Positions 1 to 14,294 of a stretch of DNA of 64,000 nucleotides are shown one piece after another; positions within the stretch are counted from its first letter, which is position 1; each line of letters starts with the position of its first letter. The position numbers and the translations under genes are program-made. The stretch lies in NCBI GenBank assembly GCA_951406725.2, contig OX597815.1, forward strand, positions 148,118,001-148,182,000. The letters run 5' to 3'. Below the pieces are notes generated by a model, which saw nothing but the letters and a program-made list of their open reading frames with translations, ran no database searches and had not been told where the DNA came from. The stretch is from Octopus vulgaris. Lineage: Eukaryota.

Positions 1-232
1 TGTTTCAAATTTTGGCAGGAAACCAGCAAGGTCGAGGTTGGGGTAAATCGGTTACCTCGACCCTAGCGCTTAAATGGTATTTATTTTATCGATACTGAAA
101 GAATGAAAACGAAAATGGATATTGGCAGAATTTGAACTCAAGAACGGAGAGACGGATGAAACGTAGAGACAGATGAAATGTCACAAAGCATATCTTTCCC
201 CGGCGTGCTAATGAGTCTATCAGCCTGCCTCC
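1..232 (-). mobile_element. tRNA-derived SINE, family A (MetaSINE-like central domain), decayed
   Basis: Aligns by eye with 35876-36107 (gaatttgaactca, ccggcgtgctaa, tcgaccctag). Confidence 0.75.
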
Positions 233-3200
233 TCCTGAAAGACTATTATACTGGCAACAATTTCATATTTAACTCATCCATTTCACCGATACACGTGTTT
301 GGATAGATAAAGTTTGCGACAAAAATATTGGTAAAGCAGAGGTGATTTGCCACGTAATATCTCTCTACAACTATATATTATACTCAAGTAGCCATTTGAA
401 AATAATTTTTAGAATTCAAATTATAGAGTGTTGTAAATAATATATATTATATTGCATTACTACATTACGTTTGTTTCTCTAAATTATAAGTAATAACATA
501 CATTTATTGCGGCTGTGTTTGTGACAAACAATATATATAACAAATTCAGTTTCACTTTGTCTAAAGAGACCAAAGTATCGCTTCGTTGAATCATCTACAA
601 ACGTATTTGGATTTCATTTAATGTATAGTAACAGATCAGATGCAGAAAAATAATATCTAAAACATTTTAAAATCTAGCACCGGAAATTTAATAACGGATA
701 TATGAACAATGTGATTTGAAATTTGCAACCAATTTGATTGCAAACTGATCATTGGAAATGTCTGCTAATATTCTATACTGTGGAAATTATATTCCTACTA
801 TTGTGATTGGTATTTAAATGAAACTGTTACTTCTATGGTGAGGACACATTGAAATAGATGATGTTCCCGTAGACATTATAGTTACTTCAGAGACAGCATG
901 CTTTCGTGACTTTGCAACCTATAATCTTTTCTCTATTCAAACTAAAAACTATTAATTTTGTTAAGCTTTGGAAACATTTTACACATTCGAATGTATGTGC
1001 ACAGTTAATGTTATTGTTCAAGTTGTCCATTTTATGGAATCGTATTTCAATTGGGTACATTGTAATTAATGTAATGGTTTGGTACATCCATACACACAAA
1101 GGCACACACATACATATATATTTATATTGTAAGGCTCTCAACACAGTTGGTGCAAGTTGATTGTTAGATTTTGCCAAATAAAATTATTGCTGACTGTTAT
1201 GAAGCATTCCACGATCACAGATGAACAATGCTATATGGCAATACGGAAGTGTAATCCAAACACATATCTTTCTACATATGTGAAAGCCAGAGTTTCTGTT
1301 GTCCTTATAGTATTCATGAAGTAGTTATTAATATATTAGAGTGTGTATACATGTGTATCATTTTGTGTGTTTATGTGCGTTTTTATGTTTAGGTTTACAG
1401 ACGCACACAGACCCATTAAATATAAAACAGGAACTGAAATGTCACTAGATCAATACATACGGTTATTTAGTGAAATTGTCATTCTATCTTAGTCTGTTTC
1501 ATGCATATATAGGAGCTTAGTAACTGATAATTATGTTTCTTTCAATAAACATTTTAAAGTACTTTATGTTTGATAGTTTATAACTTTCTGCCTTAGAAAT
1601 CATATAAAGCATTTGAAATATAGAAGAAAGTTAAGCAATGATTTATCTATAAAAGTCAATCCAAATAAAAAATGCATTCTCTCATTAAGAGATATTTGTC
1701 TTACATGAAATTAATTTTGTACTATTTAAAGTTTTATTCTGTCGAAAAACATTTATTGTCTCATGCCTATTATTTTTCAATGAAGTTTCCTGGCTATAAA
1801 TATCCATACAATTTACAACTTGTTTACTGTCAAAAAAACCTACACAAAACATTATATTTTCTCAATTATCACGTCTATATACAGCAGCAATAATTTTCCG
1901 TTTTACTACATCATTTAGCTACATATAAAGTCTTACCTAAGTAGGATTGTGTGACAGTACCGAATAACTGCAAATATTACAGTTTCATAAGTATACAACA
2001 AATTTCATTTGATTACTTGTATGCTATAAATTATAAGTATATAACTCAACCATAAATGTGTGCACAAACATATAAATTAAAATAATAATTTACAGCAGAC
2101 TGCATTTAATTTAAGGTAAACAACATTAGTTACTATAAATCTCAAAATGAAATAAAACAGAACAGACATAAAAAACATTCTAGGAATAAAATGACACAGT
2201 TTTGAAGATTTATTCCCTCTTCGAATTAAAATTATTGCAATTAATAACATATTGCTAATCATTATGTACTTAAAGCGTGTTTTCTTCTGAATTACATTCT
2301 CATAAAAGCAATAAAATGAAAATCACAACAAATTTCACAATCGTTTCAATTAATGGAAAACAATCTAAATTTTACTGAAAGATAGGCCTAGCATCAGGAA
2401 AAATATATTTGTCAATTGCTATATTCGAAATGGTTATTCACTTGGTCTCTCTTTATATTACAGTTATATCTGTAGCAAGAAACATTTGATTCAATATTGG
2501 TCTTAAACATATCAGGTTGCACATAATAGAGACATGAAGAGGCGAACTTATTCTTTAATCTTCTGTAAAACTATGACATCTGTAGCAACGAGCCTGAGTG
2601 TTACAAGTGTTCTTCGATAAAAGTATACGCTCTATATTTGTTGCTATGTGTGCTTGCGCATCTGTGTATATGCATGTATGCATATAGTAAATACAACCAT
2701 CTATCTACATTGTGTGTATGTGTGCGTGAATGTGTGTGTGTAGAAAGACAGACAGTGAGAGATGCCCAATTAGATATCTAAATTTGTGATGCGACTTAAG
2801 AGGAGGCGCAACGTGTAATTCAATAAGAAAATACTTTAACACATTTAGTTTACCAAACATATATTGAGATATTTTACAGATGGTTGGATTTACTAATAAA
2901 ATAAATCATAGTGCGTATTGTATTATGATAAAACGTCCATATGTAGTTCACGAACTACATATGCGTGTAGAGGAAACTTAAATTAACCACCTTAATATTA
3001 AATTCACTCTCAATTATCAGACATCGAGTGTGTTACGGTGTTGCAAATTATTAGAACTAGGTAGTGTATATCTGTATTCTTTCAAACTCAAGAAACGTAC
3101 ACATCTACACATATGTCCATTAATACTTCGACGATTCCACCGATTTAAACAGTAATGTCTATATACTATGGTAGCAATATTTTAAGTGGGAAAAATCACA

Positions 3201-4851
3201 TCAATTATATATTTCATTAATCTCTCACAGCTGTAAATTACATTTTCTTGCATCGATTAATTATTATTAATATTCGATCAGGATTAATGAAAGATATTGT
3301 TTATGATCCTGTGCATAATTCAGTGACAGTAACATTCTTGTAAAGTCTGTTAATATGATGACACCTTGTCGACCGACGTTCAGATGATTCTAGTTAACCA
3401 TTATAGGACAACTAAAAGCATCTGAACTATGTTGTGGATTAGCACTAACAAATGTTAAGAAAATGGATTATTTCAGCAATCACATTACATCCTCAAACCT
3501 TTCATCGATATATGACTCCCACCATCACCACAACTACGACGAAAACTCTGCTTTTTTCGCCTACTTCTTCACCAAATTTCTCTGCCTCCGAATCATCCTC
3601 AATATTATGGCCAGTTCTACCACGATAAGGTAACTTTGTCGCCATGACCACTATCAGAGAAACCACCATCATTACAATCAACCATCAAACCATAGTTGCT
3701 GTAATTATGGTTATTATTATTAGTAGTAGTATTCGCATTATTATTGCTGTAATTGATGTTTTATTTTTATATAATTATGGTCATTACGAGAAGAATTAAG
3801 AATAAGTTTAAAGATCAGTTTTAAACCATGTCATCTGTATCGTAATATATGTGATTAGGACAGTTAATCATGAAACAAACGATGCAATTTAACTGACTTG
3901 CTAAATTGTTAAGGTTAATTAGCAGTAAAGCAGCTTTAACGAGAATAGTGTTAATGAAAAACTATAACGTAAATCACTAGAAAATTCGCACATTGCCTAT
4001 GAATCATTAAACGTGTTATTCCTTAAATTTTCATTTTCAAAACATTAAATTATTTTTAGGAGAAATTATTCTTTCTCCATTATGTCGTTTATCTCATTTG
4101 TAATTATTCGTTGTAGCCAATTAGTCGTTATAGCAATTAATACTTCATTAGTGAAATATATGCCATAGCCATATTCGCATTGCTGCGCTAAATTACATAG
4201 AAGTTTTATATCTAAAATGCATTTTCATAACGATTATTTAAAATTGAAAATACTAGTTGATGCAATAATGACAACTTCACTTATTTTCTGAGAATGTTAA
4301 TAGAATCGGAACATATTTGTCCAATTGCGATAATCAATATGAGTAATAATCTGTTGTTAGACTGGTGCGTACATTATTCTCTAAAGTCATTTCAAACACA
4401 AAAGAAAACAATTGAAGATACATGAAACGTATACATTTTCAGCTTCAATTTATAACAAGCAATTAAAGTTGAAGTAATGTCATGCCATCAATTTATTACT
4501 GAAAATATCCAACAATATATTTTCTTTGTAATTTCCATGAAACAAATTTCACTGAGAAGCTAAGGTTTTGCATGGAGTTTTGAAAAAAAAAAAACTCGAC
4601 CAAGATTCTATTTATTGCAACGTGGTTATGAACCCAACATCTTAATCATTTACCTACACTACATACAGTCATGCATGCATACATAAGTCGATTACAGAGA
4701 TACCATTCTAGTCCTGTACAGAAATAATACTTCCAGGCTCGTCGCCTAATATTGGTGTGTGTGTTCGTGTGCGTTCTTGTTTGAATATGCGCGCGCGTAT
4801 ATGTGAGGGTGCCTGTGTGTGTGTGCATGAGTAGGAATAGATAGATAGATT

Positions 4852-4852
<1 letters not shown>

Positions 4853-4895
<43 letters not shown>
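4853..4895. repeat. (AG)n microsatellite
   Basis: Directly visible. Confidence 0.95.
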
Positions 4896-4899
<4 letters not shown>

Positions 4900-5148
4900 C
4901 CGCATCGATGTAACTATAAAGCAACAACTATCAGTCTGCAGTAAAATAATGCAATGTTAAACGATAAAGAAACGTTTGGAAGACAATAGACCTGTGAGAA
5001 AGATTATCCTGTTTGATGGAGAAGGAACAGACGTAATGCCTTTATATTTCAATACAAACAGTTATGTTTTAAATACTGCAAACAAAATAAAAATATTCGT
5101 TCAAGCCGTTTGGAATGGCTTGATCTATGGTCAGTGGTTTTTAATATC

Positions 5149-5360
5149 TGGCGGCAAGCAGGCACAACTTCTTGAACGTCGAGCAACATTTTCAATGGCA
5201 TTTCGTTCGACTTCTCGTTCTGCGTTCAAATTTATCCAAGGTCGACTTAGCCTATCATCGTTTCGGTGATCAGTTAAGTACTATTTGAGTGCCTGGGTCC
5301 CTGTATTCAATTAAACCCTTTCCCCGAAAATAGTTGGCCTTGAGCCAAAACTGGAAATCA
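5149..5360 (+). mobile_element. SINE family A, decayed
   Basis: cgttctgcgttcaaatttatccaaggtcgacttagcctatcatc matches the family A head and core at 36640-36720. Confidence 0.7.
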
Positions 5361-7429
5361 ATATGAGGCGACAATCGGGCAGTATCATTTCTGTACAGAT
5401 CCATATTGGTGACTCGGTAATCGACTATCTGCCACTTAAAACTCTCTGAAAATAAGAACTTATGAAAAATATGTTTAACGATCAATTTCTTATATTGATA
5501 ATTAGAGTAAATATTTTTCTTCATTGTGACGTCGATAATAATAGCAATAGTCCTGGGCATTCGAATATTTCAGAAAAGGAATTAAATCCTGTAATAATTT
5601 ACACATCAATTCATCAAAATAATACGTAATTCTAATTGGAATTCAATTAAAAATATCAGTATTGACGTTGGTGTTTTTAGCGCCATCAGATTTCATAGAA
5701 TTGTAAAACCTAGTAGCACGAGACACATATCCACTGCAATCAATATTCCGAATAAAAAAACATTTCTCACTAAACTGACTGCGACCTTTGTTTAGCAGAA
5801 TCTTTACTCAACTTTCTCTGTTATGGTCAATGCGATGAACACAGGCTACACCCGTTACTTCCAAGCACTTCTGTAAACAGCACACGTGAGCTAGAACGTT
5901 GAAGGTTTGTGTGCCATCACAGCAGAGTGAAAGGTCAATCTGTGCCAAGTGGTTTCACTGTGTACTCTAGCTTCGATACCATAGCAATAGTCCGGTTACT
6001 TATTGATCAAACCACTCCCTCTCTGTCCCCCCATCTCTCTCTTACATACTCTGTTTCTGTCTATCGTTCTATGTATCTGTATAAGTTAAAACGGTAATAC
6101 CGATTATATTACATAAATACTAAAACATACCTCAGCAGGGAGTATTCAAGAACACAATTCCATGATATATTTCAGCGGAAATCAAATGATAAGGGTCACT
6201 TCCCGGAGCATTACGCGGAAAACAAAATATCTATTATCTTGTCTCTCAAATATGACATTGCATTTTCTATGGATATATTTGAACATATAAACTTTGACAA
6301 TACTAGAAATTAATTGTTTCATTCTTTTTTCTGGGGGTGTTATAAAAGGCGAATTGTCCAAATGGATATTTATTTACGCTTGCATACACACGCACAGACA
6401 CACACACTCACATATGGATATATTTATTTTCGTCGCAGTATCACTCCTACACCGTTAACGTTTTTCAATATCTACACTTTCTCACAGATATTTTTACCTA
6501 TTCAGATAGTTTGTAGTTGCGACTACCTTAATATTTTTGCTCAGCTCTGCTGTCAGTTGTGACAGCTTCGCTACAGTAGAACTGATTATAATAATATTAT
6601 GAATATAATGTTTCTCGAGATATCAACCGAAACTGCCCTACATTATTTACCTGACAGAATATATTTCTATACGAAATTTGATGTTCTATGTTTGCATTTG
6701 TAATTCTGTAATCCTATCAAATTCCACCATAAAAACGTTGTATATCACAGTTATGAAATGAATACATTCTCAAAGGTGTCTTGAAAATTGAGATGCCGGC
6801 AGCCTTAAAGTGTCATCTGTTTGAAGACGAGCACTGACATTTCAATGCTGTTGTTTCTTTTAATGAATACAGATTTTTGCTTGCATATCGCGCTGCGAAT
6901 ATCTTCATTCCTTCTTCCAGCCAGTCCTGGAAATTTTGTAACATAAACATTCCTGTATTTCCTTCTCGGAAGAAAATAATAATAAAATATATTCCAGCTG
7001 ATTGGTAATTAGTAGTATCCTCTACAATAAGTAGGCAATATACACAGATACATACATACATACTCACACCGCACACATGCATGCGTAGGCCTATATGTAT
7101 AAAACATTCAGCAGGTAAATTTCCATTTTTTCTGCTGTTTCTCCTTACTACTTATAGAGAGTAGCTTGACACTTTTTGAAAAAGTGCGGAGTACACTCGT
7201 GTAAGAACATACATATGAAATAAGGGAAAAATACTACACGAAATACATATAAATCAATACCGAATACTATTCGAATACTATTTATTCCCAGCTTGTTTCA
7301 TGTTTATGTGCTTACTCGGGTGTATCCAGATACTTTTCCAAAAAATTCGAGCGACTCTACACAACCGTATTCAAGTTTACACATTGTAAGTACGCCTGCT
7401 GTTATATATACATATCTAAATACATGTAC

Positions 7430-7431
<2 letters not shown>

Positions 7432-7481
<50 letters not shown>

Positions 7482-7501
7482 GACATAGATATACATATAT
7501 A

Positions 7502-7551
<50 letters not shown>

Positions 7552-7630
7552 GATATACATATACTTATATATATATACACATATATATACATGTACATAT
7601 ATATATATATATATATAAACACACACACAT
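7432..7630. repeat. (TA)n/(CA)n compound microsatellite, representative of about 30 such arrays (e.g. 11820-11930, 16410-16510, 17460-18190, 19140-19300, 26155-26370, 28925-29300, 60040-60305, 60667-60732)
   Basis: Directly visible; the source of the poly-YI/HT ORFs. Confidence 0.95.
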
Positions 7631-8289
7631 GTAAAGGAAAGTGAGATGAAATATAAATGATTACTTTATGAACTTCCTTAGTATAATATAAGATTCAATG
7701 GCGTCTTATTCGAGTATCTGAATAAAACATTAGCTTCACCCGAATCTGGAATATGAAGTAAAATGTATTCGGGAGAGTATTGAGAGTGAGTGAGCCATAT
7801 TTTGTATTAAGACATGCCATTCCTACGTAAATGTAGAATCACGTTAATGAGAATATTTGAAATTAAGACCATATTTCCTGTTCTATATATTAGTGTTATT
7901 TCTCTATGCAAGTGTTAACCAGTGACATTCTTAGTATTTCATGTTAAATACAAAACGCATTTAAATAGTTCCCATACAAACACTGATTTTATTAATGAAG
8001 CAAATGCCACGTGCACTGAACACCTGGTAGGAAAAATCTGTGATGAAATAATATGTATCTCTTAATACGGTTAAATAAACATTTGAGCCGACCAACAATT
8101 CCTGAATTTCTAGCTGTGTACGTTCAGGTGTTGAGTCCTTGCTGATGTCCTGAATTCTTAATATGGTAACAGTGGTAGAGAAAAACCAGTTGAGAGAAAA
8201 CGAAGAATATTAACTATTTGGTCAGGATGCAATAAATGGAAGCTCGGTTGGCAGTGTATGCTTTAACATATATTACAGCTGGGAACTAG

Positions 8290-8470
8290 TAGAGATGTTG
8301 GCGCGACAGACACAAAACTCTTAGCGGTATTTCGTTGATTTTTACGTCAGATTTTCGAAGTCTGCTGAGGGTAAATTTACCTTTCCTCTTTCGACGTCGA
8401 TAAAAAATTATTTGATGTAATTGAGCCACCTCATCCTCGGAATCTCCTGGTTTGGTGCCAGAATTTGTAA
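8290..8470 (+). mobile_element. SINE family A, strongly decayed
   Basis: cttagcggtatttcg...tttcctctttcgacgtcgataaa...tggtgccagaatttg resembles 37020-37180. Confidence 0.55.
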
Positions 8471-8555
8471 CAAATATATCTGTTGCAAAAATACATTTGT
8501 AGGAAAATTTTGAAATAAATTTTAAAGATCATGTACATAAATTATCTTTCCCTTA

Positions 8556-8587
<32 letters not shown>

Positions 8588-11500
8588 GTGTGTATGTATC
8601 TGCGTTGAATTCTGGATTTAGAATATTGCTATCTTATTATGACTTAAGCGTATTAATGCTAATGAAATGGAAACGACTCTTTCTGAATGCTTTACGCTTT
8701 TTGTGGCATGGTTAGTATCAGCCCATTAACTTTGGTGTCAGTTCCATTCCTCGTTCACCGAAGCTTACACCCGACACCTCCGAACAATTTATACATACCC
8801 ATAAGCAAGTGTTGTTCTTATGTTGCTCTTGAATTTTTTTTATGGAATTACATTGTTTTCGTATTTGGTTGGTATGATTCTTGGCATGAATGCTTGTGTT
8901 GAAACGTATATTGTTGTTGGTTAGAGAAAGACAAAGAAAATAATAATGATCACAAGGAAACGTTGAAGAGAGAGGACATGTCACCGATGAGTTTGCGTAT
9001 AGCAAGCAAAGGTATTGACAAAAAAACCCCGAGTAATTACTTAACCACTACATTAAACAAACCACCGATTAGTTAGTTGGTCAGATATTTAACAGATTGA
9101 CTAACAATAAATTTATATTGAACCAGAGCTTGTATTTATTAACACGGGTGTAATGACCCTCCCTAGACGCAATACGCTTAATGGAATTCTTTCACAAGTA
9201 ACTCCGTAGTATAAACAACATCATACACTTATTCGTGCCACTTTGGAACGAGATCGAAATTTATCTGATTAAAATAGAAACATAGAATTTAAATTGTCTT
9301 TTGGTATTCAAATTAATGTCAAGTCATGTGCCCTTTAAGTGTATTTCATTAATGATTACGAATTTCATTGTGTTTCGCTTGAAAAAGTGTTGTTAGAATT
9401 CTGCTGATGAATAGCTGTACTTAGTTGGTAAAAACAAATTTGTTAAGCATAAAACAACCGACATTTACTGAAAGATCTCCCATATGCCAAGCGTTGAAAA
9501 TAAAATGCTCTGATGGAGATCACTGATATACAGTTGAATTAACTAAATGTCCAACCTGCAGTAATATAGACTAATGACAAAACACTCAATGCAATTACAT
9601 TAAATGCTTTACGTCCCCATTCGGAATGTTTTCCGCATTTTATGAAACTAACATACTAATCAATATTGCATTATACTGTGACCAACATTACTCTATCAAT
9701 TTCTCTGATTAGAAAAGTTTCCACAATCGAGATCTTTCAGTAACTGAAGAAAGCGAACTTTCTATAGCATGCACACGTGACACTTTATTAAGATATTTAG
9801 TGTGTACGAACGAATTGAAAGGCCAAAGACACGGTGTTTACATCGATCGATTGACTCGATTGGTATTTCTAACCTAATAATTTGTAAGGTAAGGAGAAGG
9901 TCACATACAAGTGGATTCATAGAACAGATTGTTCAATTAATTGCAGTGTGTTACTGGTATTTTCATTTACCAATACAGGAAGGATATAATATTACGCCAA
10001 TACTGCCTTGATTGTGTATAAAATATAAATACGACTAACTAAATAATCTGTAGTAACAATAAATACCATATATATCTAAAATATAAAATTTGAATGTTTG
10101 CGTAGTGCTTTCACTACCCCAACTCTCCATCAAGGTTATAACGGTGCATTCATTTTAAACTATTAGAACTCTCTGATAGGATAATATTTTTGCTCACAGT
10201 CGGCCGGAAGACATATATGATTGAAGGATGAGTATGTTTATAACTCTTGCACTTGAAAGGCATTTTTATAATATTCTTACGGCAATTAATTTCTTAGGTT
10301 GCAATAACCCTGAAGAGACCCTTACAACTGAACTTATACTCATAGTGTTGTTTTTCTTGTTGTTGTTGTTGTTGTTGTTGTTGAAGGTAACGGTATTGCT
10401 AGTGGTGGTATTTGTATCGCTGTATAAGCCCTGGTTACAGCTACGGTCAGAAATTATTAAGAATTTAATATTTCAATTTCATTGAAGTGGTGCATCTACG
10501 CTCATATTTGGTAAAAAAAAAATGCAATTTCCATATATGGATCTTGAGCTCAACATCATAGTGATTTCCTAGCGTAGCGAATTCTTGGCACGTGAAGAAA
10601 GAATGTAGATGGTCATCCATTCACTTATACCTTATATGGTATTTTGCAATTCAATAAACCTTTCGCGTCTGCACATACGATTGGCTGAAACCGCACCAAT
10701 TATCACTATGACAGGGTTTTAAGAAATTCACAACAGGTCGCTATGAAAGGTGTGATCTTTTATTTACATGTGAAGTAATGTCGAAAGCATTAAAGCACTT
10801 CAAAATTGGACTGAAACAAGTAAAAGAGGAAAGAGAATATCAATATAATTTGGGAAACAGAGACAATGATTTAGAGTATGTCAACTCAACGCATGCTTCA
10901 TATTGCTATCAGCCCAAAATTTTACACCGCACAGCCATTATAGAAATACACAAAAAAGGCACCTATAGCAATCTTGCCTTATGATTAATAAAGTTCACTC
11001 ACAAAGTCTCATTCATTATAAGAGCAAGTGTTATTAATCACCACATTTATCATGTACAATTTAACTTATTTATTGATTAAAAACAAAAGCAGGTATACAG
11101 TGTGGTAACTCAGTCACCAATTCTTATCCATTCGCATTTATTATTGTCATAGGGAACACTTTACTGATCTGTCATAGTGACGTTTTAACATTTTCAGTCA
11201 ACGTATTAACTTATAATTCCCATATAGCAGAAAAATCGTTTCATACCGCATCATTGGAGACTGAGGCATAGATTTCGCTAAGAAAATTGTTAAAAGAGGT
11301 TACCATTTTCGAACCGTCTCTGGAATACAATGACTTAATTATATTCATAATATATCAGTATCATGCTTTATGAAGTAGCTCCTGAACAAGCTGTGTTGTC
11401 TTTGCTTATTCTGTCAGTTTCTTTGACGCAAGAGTTCCTTTTAGTAGCAACATCTACTGTGCTTCGAACAAAGTACAAATATTCTTTTCAAAATCCCTTT

Positions 11501-11821
11501 CTATGTAGTGTGTAACAATTCCTCGTCTCTGAAATGCGACTTTATCTAATAGACAGTTCCTGTTCACAGAATTGTAATATATTAAAAATCTATCAAATTT
11601 AGTAATGCTAAATATCATACTGAACATGTTACAGAAAACCAAAGTTCTAACAAACCTTTGTGATTTGAGCGTGTCAGTTCTGTTCTGAAAGATGACCACT
11701 CGCAAGGTAAACGGAGCTCAACACGCGTGTGTATATGAATATAAATGTGTGCATATATATGTACATACATTGACATATATGTACATATATACATACATAC
11801 ATATACATACACAGTCAGACA

Positions 11822-11921
<100 letters not shown>

Positions 11922-12699
11922 AGAGAGAGTGAGAAAGTGAAAGAAAGATAGAAAAATACATAAATATGAGCATGTGTACGTGTTGATTTTTACGTTTGCA
12001 TTGTTGTCTGGAAATAGAAAAGTTCAAATGTGACAATTTGTCACAAGTTATATATGTTGAATAGATAACATATAGAAGCGCAATGATCAATACTACTAAT
12101 ACTACAGCCAAATTTGTGCTAAATAAAAATTATAAAGAGCTAAACTTTTATAGAAAGAGTTAATAAATTACCAACATCATTGTCTGACAATTTGTTGAAA
12201 TAAATGTGTTAATTCAATGTTTTATTTGATCTTGTGTAAATGCATGAAAGACTCAAGCTTTATAAAACTGATTAACATTCGAAGCTGGTGCTCGAGTATT
12301 TGGAGACCTCACTATTTCTATCATTTAAATTGTTTTTATTCTCTGTCGATCATTCATACGAAACGGTGGCTTAAAGCGACAATATCGATGCAAATATTTT
12401 CAGTGCGTTTCTTTGTCATAAAAGGAAATATAGGATTGCAATGTGAACTGAATCAAAAAATTAAAAACTTACTCTAATTGAAATTCGAACATCAATGTAT
12501 ATTTGGTAAACGATTAAAAAACCCGCAGAACTATTGGACTATTTCAGTGAAATAGAATCGGTATTATGCATGTAAAACTGTCTGGAAGAGTTTATGTGTA
12601 TGAGAAAGCTATGTATGAATACACCGATGCATAAAACGATACAATACACATGCACGCACACGCGCACAGGCACACATATACATATATTTCTTTTTCTAT

Positions 12700-14104
12700 G
12701 AATTCGCTTGTTACAAAGTCCTTAGACCACTGAAAACGTAAGAGTAACAAGAATAAAATGGACACTTGAAGGAAGTCAATAGGTGACCATGTACATTAGA
12801 TTGAAAGACTGGCTGTCATATTGAAGAGGAAAACCAGACGGTGGAAAAGAATTCCAACGTTCTGAGGTGCGAGAGAAGAAACTGGTACTGTAAAGTGCTT
12901 TACGACACTTAAGAAGTTGCACAGCATATTGATGAGAACTGGATTCAAATCTAGTTGATCGCTGATCAGTCCTTAAAGGAGGAACGAGAGCAGTGAAATC
13001 AGCTGAACAATGTCCATGAAAATACTTATTGAAAAGAGAGACAAGGAAATACACGACGACGATGACAGAATGAATCCAATTTAGAAGATAGATCAGAGAC
13101 AATAGCATTACAAATACGGCGTTGAACGCGGTCCAACAGAGTTAAATAATCTGCAGGATGATATGTGACAACAGTACTCAAAGCTGTGGCGAATAGTGGA
13201 CTTATAACGATAAAGAATAGTTTCAGGAGTCAGGTTACTCCTCGAACGAAGGAGTGAGATTACATTCGTTGCAGTCGATTTGGAAATAGATTCGATGTAA
13301 GTCCTCCAAGAAAAATCATTACAGCAAGTCACCCCTAGGAGACGAAGAGAATGACTCTATACCATACATCGATATCGATGGCAAAAAAGGTTGTCTAAAG
13401 CGATTAATTGAAAACATTTTAGTTTTCGATGGATGACTCGTTACGAGCAATTTCCTACTCCACTCAACAATAGATCGAAGATCATTCTCCAGGTTAGCAG
13501 CGAGTAATCAGATTTTTCCAAACAAGAGTACAAGTAGAAACATTAGCAGAGATTACAAGCGGACATGTGATATCATCAAGCACATCATTTATAAAATGAA
13601 GAAAGAGAGTTGGGCCCAGAGCAGATCCTTGAGGAACCCAAGGTTACAATCAAGAACAACCTAGATCCAATGGTAATAAAGTAAAGAGGAGATAATGATC
13701 AGCATGAAACGTGGCACATCAAAGGATTGGAGCTTACATAGACGTCCAACATGCCAAACCCTATAAAATACCTTAGACATATCAAGAGTAATTGCAATAA
13801 CATGACCAGATACATTCAAGGCACGATAAACACGCACAGATATGACTGTGAAGAGAACACGAAAACATATTGAGAGGATGAGATCGAACCACAGTTCGTA
13901 AAGACATGAACAACAGTTGGGAATTTCCATAAAGAAGGAAAACAAAATTCTGAGATACACTTTCGGAAGAGCCTAGATAAGACAGGAGAGCACTTCTGAT
14001 GAATAACGATTGAAATACCATCAGGTCCAGATGATCTACATATATCCAACTGTGCAACAATCGCCACAAACTTAGCAGCAGTTATATCACAAACTTAGCA
14101 GCAG

Positions 14105-14110
<6 letters not shown>
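12700..14110 (-). mobile_element. 5'-truncated LINE (CR1/Jockey group) reverse transcriptase remnant
   Basis: Frameshifted RT motifs: SSGPDGI, FPSLWK, LDMSKVFYRVWH, GVPQGSALGPTLF (about 13610-13645), YKSTIRHSFEYCCHI, FFSRTSERWNS. Confidence 0.9.
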
Positions 14111-14145
<35 letters not shown>

Positions 14146-14186
14146 GTGTGTGTGTGTGTGTGTGTGGGTGTGTGTGTGTGTGTGTA

Positions 14187-14294
14187 TGTTTGCCCCCCCC
14201 CCAACATCGCTTGACAACAGATGCGGGTGTGCTTACGTCTCTGTAACTTAGCGGTTCGGCAAAAGAGACCGATAGAATAAGTACTAGGCTTACA
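14187..14294 (+). mobile_element. SINE family B (CORE-type with internal microsatellite), 3' part only
   Basis: cttgacaacagatgc...aacttagcggttcggcaaaagagaccgatagaataagtactagg, near-identical to 21085-21170. Confidence 0.85.

Noticed and set aside
13993-14024. CTGATGA...GAAAT..ATC hammerhead-like string
   Set aside because: It is antisense to LINE RT coding sequence (PDGISIVIHQK) and stem II does not pair; a chance match.
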